Shown here: positions 51,498 through 58,410 of the stretch, piece after piece | Numbering within the stretch: the stretch's first letter is position 1 | Layout of the letters: each line of letters starts with the position of its first letter | Origin: an uncultured Dehalococcoidales bacterium | GTDB lineage: Bacteria; Chloroflexota; Dehalococcoidia; GIF9; AB-539-J10 | Direction of reading: 5' to 3' | DNA length: 58,410 nucleotides | Assembly (NCBI GenBank): GCA_964435965.1 | Contig: CAYTBB010000003.1 | Coordinates: forward strand, 1-58,410 | Program-made: the position numbers and the translations under genes | Notes under the pieces: model-generated | What the model was told of the DNA's origin: nothing | What the model saw: only the letters and a program-made list of their open reading frames with translations | Database searches by the model: none

Positions 51498-52364
51498 ATG
51501 AAAGGAAAAATTACAGCGAGCATTATAGCAATGCTTCTCGTAGCAGCTCTGCTTTTGCCTTTGTCCTGCACCTCTTCACCGGCTGCCTCGGTTGATATCA
51601 TGGCTGGAAGCTCGCTTATCACTAACATCATTCAAGATGTAGCTGATGGTAAACTGGAACCTCGCACCCTTATACCCCCAGGCATGTGTCCCGGACATTA
51701 TGATGTAAAGCCAAGCGATATTGAGGCATTGGCTAATAGCAAAGCCATTTTTATCCACGATTACCAAGAAAATTTTAAAAATGTCACTGGACTGATTGAA
51801 GCTGCAGAAAACCCCGACCTTATTGTCAGGGTTATTGATGTTAAAGGCAACTGGATGGCACCCCCGGTTCAGGCTGAGGCAGTAGACAAAATTGCTCAAG
51901 CCTTAGGTGAGATAGACCCAGAAAACTCAGCATACTACCAAGAGAAAGCCACAGAAAGGGCGCAAGCTATTTTAGCTAAGGGCGAGGAAGCAAAAAATAG
52001 ATTACTGGAAGCGGGAGTAGAAGAGGTAAAGGTAATCTGTGCTGACATGCAGATAGGATTTGCAGAGTGGGCTGGGTTTGATATCGTGGCCGTCTATGGT
52101 CGGCCTGAAGACCTAAGTGTGGCGGAAGTGGAAAAGCTGGTAGTTGAAGCTAAAGAAGCTGGGGTAGCTTTAGTCATCGACAATCTCCAGAGCGGTGCAA
52201 CGGCGGCAAGTGAAGCTATAGCACAAGATATTGGAGCAATTCAGGTAACTATATCCAATTTTCCCGGTGGCTTTGAGGATACGGAAACTTGGGAAAAGGC
52301 GTTAGACAAGAATGTTGATTTGATTCTCGAAGCTTTAGCTCAGTGGAGGCAGCAAAATGGATAA
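51498..52364 (+). CDS. Metal ABC substrate-binding lipoprotein (ZnuA/TroA-like)
   Basis: Lipobox-like LSC, CPGHYDVKPSDI, DPENSAYY. Confidence 0.88.
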   Translation: MKGKITASIIAMLLVAALLLPLSCTSSPAASVDIMAGSSLITNIIQDVADGKLEPRTLIPPGMCPGHYDVKPSDIEALANSKAIFIHDYQENFKNVTGLIEAAENPDLIVRVIDVKGNWMAPPVQAEAVDKIAQALGEIDPENSAYYQEKATERAQAILAKGEEAKNRLLEAGVEEVKVICADMQIGFAEWAGFDIVAVYGRPEDLSVAEVEKLVVEAKEAGVALVIDNLQSGATAASEAIAQDIGAIQVTISNFPGGFEDTETWEKALDKNVDLILEALAQWRQQNG

Positions 52365-53124
52365 CACAGTTATCAGGATTCAAGACGCTGTAGTTTCCTA
52401 CAGGGAGGATGTGGCTTTGCAAGGTGTATCTCTGGAGGTAAGGAAAGGAGAATTCATCGGCATCATTGGACCTAACGGTGCTGGCAAAACCACTTTGCTT
52501 ACTGTTATCAATGGCTTGGGCAAACTGGTCCGAGGTCAAGCGGTGGTATTAGGATTACCGGTAAACGGAAGAAATGGCATCAAGTTGAGAAAGCGCATAG
52601 GCTACGTGGCACAAGTTGAGAATATTGACCCGCGCTTGCCCATCAATGTTAGGGAGACGGTGATGGTAGGCTGCTATGGCCGCTTGGGTCTATTACACCG
52701 ACCAACACAGGCTCAATGGGAGGATGTAGATAGAGTGTTGGATATGGTTGGCATGACTGGGCTAGCCCAACGCCCAATAGGACATCTCTCAGGAGGTGAA
52801 TACCAAAGGGCGGCTATTGCCCGAGCTTTAGTTCAGCAGCCTGAGATATTCCTCCTCGATGAGCCTACAACTTCAATAGATCTCCAGGCCCAAGGAGAAA
52901 TCCTAAGCCTTATACAGCTTATTCACAGTGAATACCATATGACTACTTTATTTGTCACCCATGACCTTAAACAACTGCCCTCTATTTGCCACCGCCTGGT
53001 CTTGATGAAAGAAGGAAAAATATGGAAACAAGGTAGCCCGGAGTCAGCGCTTCAGGACGAGATATTGAGTCAGCTTTATGGGGCTCCTGTTTCAATCCGT
53101 AGCAAATCCACAATCGCTTATTAA
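52357..53124 (+). CDS. Metal ABC transporter ATPase (ZnuC-like)
   Basis: GPNGAGKTT, LSGGEYQR, LLDEPT, THD. Confidence 0.93.
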   Translation: MDNTVIRIQDAVVSYREDVALQGVSLEVRKGEFIGIIGPNGAGKTTLLTVINGLGKLVRGQAVVLGLPVNGRNGIKLRKRIGYVAQVENIDPRLPINVRETVMVGCYGRLGLLHRPTQAQWEDVDRVLDMVGMTGLAQRPIGHLSGGEYQRAAIARALVQQPEIFLLDEPTTSIDLQAQGEILSLIQLIHSEYHMTTLFVTHDLKQLPSICHRLVLMKEGKIWKQGSPESALQDEILSQLYGAPVSIRSKSTIAY

Positions 53125-53126
53125 AT

Positions 53127-53966
53127 ATGGACATATCTATTTTACAGTACCAGTTTATGCAAAGTGCCATCCTGGCGGGATTATGCGGTGGTATAACCTG
53201 CTCCATCATAGGTGTTTTTGTGGTTACCATGCACCTCTCCTTTATTGGCGTATGTATTGCCCATGCTGCCTTTGCTGGTGCCCTCCTTGGTGTCTGGCTG
53301 GGGTTTAACCCCCTAATCGGAGCTTTGGTTTTTAGTCTAGCCTCAGCAGCTATTATTGGACCCATGGCTGACCGAGGCGAGCTAAATCCTGATACTTCAA
53401 TTGGCATTGTTTTCTCTTTAATGCTGGGACTGGCATTCCTTTTCATGGGCCTGATGCCCGGGGCCAGGACTGAAGCCCTGAGCTTATTCTGGGGCAGTAT
53501 ACTGACTGTCAGCCGAGGAAATTTAATTTTCCTTGCCCTAGTGACAGCTATAATAGCTGGATTGGCGATTGCCTTCTACAAAGAGATTCAGGCGGTGATT
53601 TGCCACCGGCAGGTAGCTCTGGCTGTGGGTATCCCAGCAACTTTTATTTTCTATGGCTTGCTATTTTCTACTGGCGTAACTATCACCGCCTCACTACAGA
53701 GTATTGGTGGCTTGCTCATTTATAGTCTGATTCTTAATCCTGCCGCCGCTGCTTATCAACTTACTTACAGTTTAAAGCGCATGCTTCTCATCGCCTCGGT
53801 TTTCGGCATTATCTCTTGCTGGACTGGACTGGCTACCTCCTATTTTCTGGATCTCCCCTCGGGCGCATCCATTGCAATCACTTCGTCTATCATCTTCGGT
53901 CTGGCAACAGCATTCTCTCCTAAGAGGAAGGTGAGGAGATGGCAACAGGCTCAATTAGCAGGTTAG
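53127..53966 (+). CDS. Metal ABC transporter permease (ZnuB-like)
   Basis: AHAAFAG, LFWGSIL, DLPSG. Confidence 0.93.
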   Translation: MDISILQYQFMQSAILAGLCGGITCSIIGVFVVTMHLSFIGVCIAHAAFAGALLGVWLGFNPLIGALVFSLASAAIIGPMADRGELNPDTSIGIVFSLMLGLAFLFMGLMPGARTEALSLFWGSILTVSRGNLIFLALVTAIIAGLAIAFYKEIQAVICHRQVALAVGIPATFIFYGLLFSTGVTITASLQSIGGLLIYSLILNPAAAAYQLTYSLKRMLLIASVFGIISCWTGLATSYFLDLPSGASIAITSSIIFGLATAFSPKRKVRRWQQAQLAG

Positions 53967-54577
53967 CTATGCAACTTCAAGATTACTTTGACCAGTTAGT
54001 TCCGAATTGGGATAGGGAGGTTACTCCGGAGAGGCTGGAATGTCTCAGCAATATCGTTAAGGAGCTAGGTATTGCACTTGGGAGTCATGTACTTGACATT
54101 GGCAGCGGCACAGGCATTCTATTGCCTTTTCTAATTGAGGCAGTAGGAGGCGAAGGAAGAATTATAGCCTTAGATCTCTCGGCAAAGATGTTACATGAGG
54201 CTAAAGCCAAGGGATTCCAGTCCATTGTGGATTTTGTTCAAGCAGATGCTGCAGCTACCCCATTGCCGCATAACTGCATTGATTTAGCTATATGCAATAG
54301 CGTTTTCCCTCATTTCAACAACAAGGCTAAAGCGCTAAAGGAAATAACCAGAGTGCTTAAAAGCAATGGCCAGTTAGTCATCTGTCATACTGCCAGCCGA
54401 GATGCTATCAATCAACTGCATCAATCTATTGGTGGTATGGTTGGCGCTGACCTTCTGCCAGATGAAACCGAGCTAAGAGAGCTAATAGGGCAGATTGGTT
54501 TGACAGTAACCAGCTTGGAGGATAATCCAAAACGCTATCTAGTTATTGCCAAGAAGGTGACCCGATCTCCAGACTAA
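53939..54577 (+). CDS. Class I SAM-dependent methyltransferase
   Basis: VLDIGSGTG, ALDLS, RVLKSNG. Start may be ATG 53969. Confidence 0.9.
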   Translation: MATGSISRLAMQLQDYFDQLVPNWDREVTPERLECLSNIVKELGIALGSHVLDIGSGTGILLPFLIEAVGGEGRIIALDLSAKMLHEAKAKGFQSIVDFVQADAAATPLPHNCIDLAICNSVFPHFNNKAKALKEITRVLKSNGQLVICHTASRDAINQLHQSIGGMVGADLLPDETELRELIGQIGLTVTSLEDNPKRYLVIAKKVTRSPD

Positions 54578-55385
54578 TATCCAAAGCCTTGACTGAGTGG
54601 GTGAGGGCGCCAACTGAAATAAAATCAACGCCAGTCTCGGCTACAGCTCTAACCTTGTCCAAAGTAATTCCTCCAGAGGCTTCAATTAAGGCACGACCAT
54701 GAATCATCTTAACTGCCTGACGAATATCTCCAAGACTCATATTGTCCAGCATAACGATATCTGCCCCAGCCTCAGCAGCTTCCAGGGCTTCTGGCACAGT
54801 TTTGACCTCCACTTCGATCTTTAGCCTTTTTGGAGCATTTTGCTGAGCCTTGGCTATAATTTCCTTGAGGCTTAATCCACGGCTACGAAGAGCTGCCAGA
54901 TGATTATCTTTAATAAGTATGCCATCGCCCAGATTCATGCGGTGATTTTCACCGCCACCAACCCTGACAGCATATTTTTCCAGTACCCTCAAACTTGGAG
55001 TTGTCTTTCTGGTATCCATAATGTGCACTGGCAATCCCTTGACTGCTTCCACATAGCGATTTGTTTCCGTGGCAATCCCACTCAGCCTCTGCAGGAAATT
55101 TAAAGCCACCCTCTCTGCTTTTAGAATATTAGCTACTTTGCCTTCTACCCTAGCGATTACATCACTCGCCTTAATCCTGGTTCCATCTTCAAGCAAAACG
55201 TCCATTCTTAGCCCCGGATCTATTTGGTGAAATACCTTCTTAGCTACTTCGATGCCAGCCAAAATGCCTTCGCTCTTCACTATAATAGAGGCGATTCCTC
55301 GCTGGTCACTTGGTATTAAAGCCTCAGTGGTAATGTCACCCCAGCCGAGGTCTTCAGCTAAAGCACGGTCAACAATTTCTTCCAT
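54543..55385 (-). CDS. nadC: Quinolinate phosphoribosyltransferase
   Basis: GDITT, ERVALN, DTRKT, IKDNH, MLDN, SVGALTHS. Confidence 0.97.
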   Translation of the reverse strand: MEEIVDRALAEDLGWGDITTEALIPSDQRGIASIIVKSEGILAGIEVAKKVFHQIDPGLRMDVLLEDGTRIKASDVIARVEGKVANILKAERVALNFLQRLSGIATETNRYVEAVKGLPVHIMDTRKTTPSLRVLEKYAVRVGGGENHRMNLGDGILIKDNHLAALRSRGLSLKEIIAKAQQNAPKRLKIEVEVKTVPEALEAAEAGADIVMLDNMSLGDIRQAVKMIHGRALIEASGGITLDKVRAVAETGVDFISVGALTHSVKALDISLEIGSPSWQ

Positions 55386-55429
55386 AGAGGCTAAAACTTC
55401 GGTGCTACGTTTTTTTTAAACATTTTTTC

Positions 55430-55463
55430 CACCCTCACCCTATCCCTCTCCCATCAAGGGAGA
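55430..55463. repeat. REP-like CCTCTCCC element, copy 3 (inverted)
   Basis: CACCCTCACCCTATCCCTCTCCCATCAAGGGAGA. Confidence 0.85.
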
Positions 55464-55476
55464 CAGGCTCTTTCCT

Positions 55477-56388
55477 TCAGGTTATGGCCAGCATCCTGTC
55501 AATAGCCTGCTTGGCTTTTATTCTTGTTTCCTCGGGCACGGTGACCACGTTGCTCCTTGACTCCATAGTTTTGATAATTGTTTCTAACGTTGTTTTCTTC
55601 ATATCAGGGCAGATAAAGTTATCCGAGATGAGGTGAAATTCCTTATCTGGGTTTTGCTTCCTTAAGGGATGCAATACTCCCTCCTCCGTGCCGATGAGGA
55701 AAGTTTTCTCATTGCAAGACTTAGCATAGCGAACCATTTGTGAGGTGCTTAAAGCAGCATCAGCCAAATTTATAACCTCTGGACGGCATTCAGGATGAAC
55801 CAAAACTTTGGCCTGGGGATACCTCTGCTTGGCTAACCTGACTTGCTCAGCAGTAACCTTAGCATGAGTATCACAGAAGCCGGGATAGAGAATCATTCTC
55901 TTGTTGGTCTTGGTGGAAATATAATGTCCCAGGTTTTGATCAGGGATAAAAAGGATTTCCTTAGCTAGGCAGGAGGTCACCACCTCAACCCCGTTAGCCG
56001 AGGTGCAGCCGATATTGCTTTCCGCCTTAATTGCCGCAGTAGTGTTAACATAAGCTACCACAGTAGCTTCGGGGTATCTCTCTTTCCATTGCTTTAGCTC
56101 CCCAACATTGATCATGTCTGCTAAAGGACAGCCAGCATCAGGATGAGATAAGAGCACTGTAGAAGCTGGATTAAGAATAGCTGCTGTCTCAGCCATAAAG
56201 CACACGCCGCAGACGACGATTATCTCCGCATTGGTGCCAACGCATCTCTGCGCTAGCTCAAGAGAATCGCCGGTGAAATCGGCAATGTCTTGCACTTCGG
56301 GGCGCTGGTAGTTATGGGCTACGATAATGGCGTTAAGCTCCCTTTTTAGCTTAGCTATCCTTTCTTTAGCTTGTTTGAGATTACTCAC
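55477..56388 (-). CDS. nadA: Quinolinate synthase
   Basis: AHNYQ, FMAETA, AGCPLA, YVNT, HPEC, CPDMK. Confidence 0.97.
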   Translation of the reverse strand: MSNLKQAKERIAKLKRELNAIIVAHNYQRPEVQDIADFTGDSLELAQRCVGTNAEIIVVCGVCFMAETAAILNPASTVLLSHPDAGCPLADMINVGELKQWKERYPEATVVAYVNTTAAIKAESNIGCTSANGVEVVTSCLAKEILFIPDQNLGHYISTKTNKRMILYPGFCDTHAKVTAEQVRLAKQRYPQAKVLVHPECRPEVINLADAALSTSQMVRYAKSCNEKTFLIGTEEGVLHPLRKQNPDKEFHLISDNFICPDMKKTTLETIIKTMESRSNVVTVPEETRIKAKQAIDRMLAIT

Positions 56389-56459
56389 TTGTGCTTACTG
56401 TGGCATGTAAACATGCTTTGTCTACAGAAGTTCAGACTAGTGTATTATCTCTATCTCGT

Positions 56460-56729
56460 CTATTTACCTTGTTTACCGGCTATGCTGATTCTAGCTACTT
56501 TAATTGTTGCCCCTGATTCTACCCTCAGAACTACAGTATCCTGGCTGACACCTTCAATTTGTCCATAAATTCCGCCAGTGGTAACTACCTTATCTCCCCT
56601 TCTCAGTTCCTGCACTAGTTCTTGCTGTTGTTTCTGTCTCTTGCGCTGTGGTTTAATCATTAAAAAATACATCGCGGCGAAGATCAATACCAGAAAGAGA
56701 ATTGGGGCTATGCTTTGAAGTTGTTCCAT
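56460..56729 (-). CDS. yajC: Preprotein translocase subunit YajC
   Basis: YFLMIKPQRKRQK, GDKVVTTGGIYG. Confidence 0.96.
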   Translation of the reverse strand: MEQLQSIAPILFLVLIFAAMYFLMIKPQRKRQKQQQELVQELRRGDKVVTTGGIYGQIEGVSQDTVVLRVESGATIKVARISIAGKQGK

Positions 56730-56743
56730 TGTATTCCTCCTTT

Positions 56744-58045
56744 TTAATTAGCTATTATATCCAACTTGCCCTGTAGTGCCCAAGGGCTTGTTTTCTCAAT
56801 CCTGATTTTCACCAGTTGCCCTGTGCAATCATCCTTGTTTTCAAAGAATACTAGCTTATCACTTCTGGTGCGTCCATACCACTTTCCTTTCTTCTCACCT
56901 TCCACCAATACCTTCACTGTCTTGCCTCGGTAAGCGGAGTTTAGTTCAGCAGCTATATTTGCCTGGAGCTGTTCAACTTTATTAAGTTTTTTCCTCTTAA
57001 CTTCTGGGGGAACATTATCTTCATATTTTCTGCCGGCAATGGTGCCGGGGCGAGGAGAATAAGCAGCCACGTGAACAACATCAAACCGCATTTCTTCTAG
57101 CAAAGAATAAGTATGCTCAAATTGCTCCTCAGTTTCCCCGGGAAAGCCAACGATAATGTCGGTGCTCAAAGATATTTGAGGGATACGATAGCGAATAGCG
57201 TGGATAAGCTTACGATATTGCTCCATAGTATACCCTCGCCTCATAGCCTTTAATATATCATCATCGCCTGACTGAATAGGTAGCTCTAAATGTTCGCAAA
57301 CTTTGTCCAGGGAAGCCATGGCTTCAATGAGCTTTTGGCTCATATCTCTAGGGTGGTTAGTTAAAAAACGAATCCTAGCTAAGTTGTCAATGCTGTTTAA
57401 TTTGGCCAGCAAATCAGCCAAATCGGGATGCTCAGGCAAATCGTGGCCATAAGAATCAACATTCTGCCCCAGCAAAATTACCTCCCTTACTCCTTGCTTC
57501 ACCAGCCCTTTGACTTCACAAACTACTTCTTCTAAAGGACGACTTACTTCTCTACCTCTCCTGTATGGGACGATACAGTAAGAACAAAATTTATTGCAAC
57601 CCTGGATAATAGGGACAAAGGCGCAAGGAGAAGGAATCTTCCATGTCTTAGCTACGAGCGCACAGCGAAGCAATCCTTGCTCAGCGGTAGAAATGCCCTG
57701 TTTTTGAGTCCAGTTAGTTAGCTCGGTGTAAGCTCCTGGCTTGAAGAAAAAATCAACCTGGGAAAATCTTCTCTTCAATCCTTCGATGTTGGAATCAACA
57801 AAACAGCCAGTAACCAGTATAGAGAGATTTGGGTGCTCCTTTTTTAGCCCTTTCAACAAACCCAGGGTGCCCAAAACTTTATCCTCGGCACTCTGCCTCA
57901 CGACACAGGTATTGAGCACTACTAAGTCAGCTTCCCGGAGGGAGGGTGCAACTTGATAGCCGAGGAAATCCAGATAGCTAGCTATCCGCAGCGATTCTGC
58001 CTTATTCATCTGGCAGCCGATGGTCCAGATAAAATAGCGCGGCAT
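56744..58045 (-). CDS. miaB: tRNA methylthiotransferase MiaB
   Basis: TIGCQMN, NTCVVR, CNKFCSYC radical-SAM motif, TRAM domain. ATG at 58045. Confidence 0.96.
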   Translation of the reverse strand: MPRYFIWTIGCQMNKAESLRIASYLDFLGYQVAPSLREADLVVLNTCVVRQSAEDKVLGTLGLLKGLKKEHPNLSILVTGCFVDSNIEGLKRRFSQVDFFFKPGAYTELTNWTQKQGISTAEQGLLRCALVAKTWKIPSPCAFVPIIQGCNKFCSYCIVPYRRGREVSRPLEEVVCEVKGLVKQGVREVILLGQNVDSYGHDLPEHPDLADLLAKLNSIDNLARIRFLTNHPRDMSQKLIEAMASLDKVCEHLELPIQSGDDDILKAMRRGYTMEQYRKLIHAIRYRIPQISLSTDIIVGFPGETEEQFEHTYSLLEEMRFDVVHVAAYSPRPGTIAGRKYEDNVPPEVKRKKLNKVEQLQANIAAELNSAYRGKTVKVLVEGEKKGKWYGRTRSDKLVFFENKDDCTGQLVKIRIEKTSPWALQGKLDIIAN

Positions 58046-58125
58046 ATTTTCCCCAAGGTTTCTACAATTATAGTCAAAGTATATAATAAATTTGAAACCA
58101 CCGAAATCATGGAAGAATCTTTCGG

Positions 58126-58410
58126 TGCGGAGGCTGAGATACATGGGTAACACCCATGGTATGGTTAGTAATGATACTAGCCTACCGTGAGGAGTTACCA
58201 TAATGAGAAAGTCGGCCAGCTTCTACTTCTTTAAAAGAAAGCCCCTTGTCCTGAAGGATAGATATGAATGCTGGAGGGGAGAGGCAGACCTCTTGGGTTT
58301 TACAACCCAGGAGAGATTGAGAGTGGAGTGGATAGTCTTCTACTATACAGCGGGAAAAGAGAATGCCGCCCTCACTGCCCAACACTTCGGCATCTCAAGG
58401 AAGACCTTTC
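58126..58410 (+). mobile_element. 5' end of IS481-like element (left IR 58126-58153; transposase from ATG 58203 runs off the window)
   Basis: ORF reads MRKSASF...RLRVEWIVFYYTAGKENAALTAQHFGISRKTF (HTH). The IR matches that at 64-90. Confidence 0.85.

Noticed and set aside
55386-55423. A8 tract putting an upstream ATG out of frame with nadC (possible phase variation)
   Set aside because: The in-frame ATG at 55385 already yields a full NadC. One homopolymer is insufficient evidence.
58046-58385. Long MiaB N-terminus and the minus-strand ORF 58182-58385
   Set aside because: Both are read-through or antisense of the IS end. The real coding frame there is the plus-strand transposase.
1-58410. The window is a circle closed through one IS copy
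   Set aside because: The flanks (TTTCGG before the left IR, AAGACT after the right IR) show no target-site duplication, and the content is essential chromosomal genes. Two separate insertions are more likely.

Overview
A 58 kb, mostly housekeeping chromosomal segment. Gene content and protein style suggest a Dehalococcoidia-like Chloroflexi; this is an inference. Both window ends lie in IS481-like elements. Core blocks are rpoB-rpoC-ruvB, purF-purM-purH, rpsO-pnp-dapB-asd-dapA, ino1/CDP-alcohol transferase/purA, nusA-ylxR-infB-rbfA, dtd, a Fur-family metal ABC operon, nadA-nadC, yajC and miaB. The accessory region (about 10.4-28.3 kb) holds a J-domain protein, TatD, a CRISPR-less tandem Cas4-like nuclease (one intact and one degenerate domain), DUF763, a fused restriction-methylase, two PAC2-family genes and RtcA. 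Inside it is a mosaic island (about 19.0-24.7 kb) with two extra copies of the PAC2 3' end, an attC-like site, an AprAB-like pair, and hypD, ISL3 and R-M relics. Other notable signals are an IS481-like end 5 bp upstream of the rpoB -35 box whose transposase stop lies inside TTGACA, hairpin repeats translated inside RpoC, RuvB and MiaB, a PncA-PncB fusion, and substitutions at normally conserved residues of RpoB, RpoC, Asd and PurA. No rRNA, tRNA or CRISPR array was seen.
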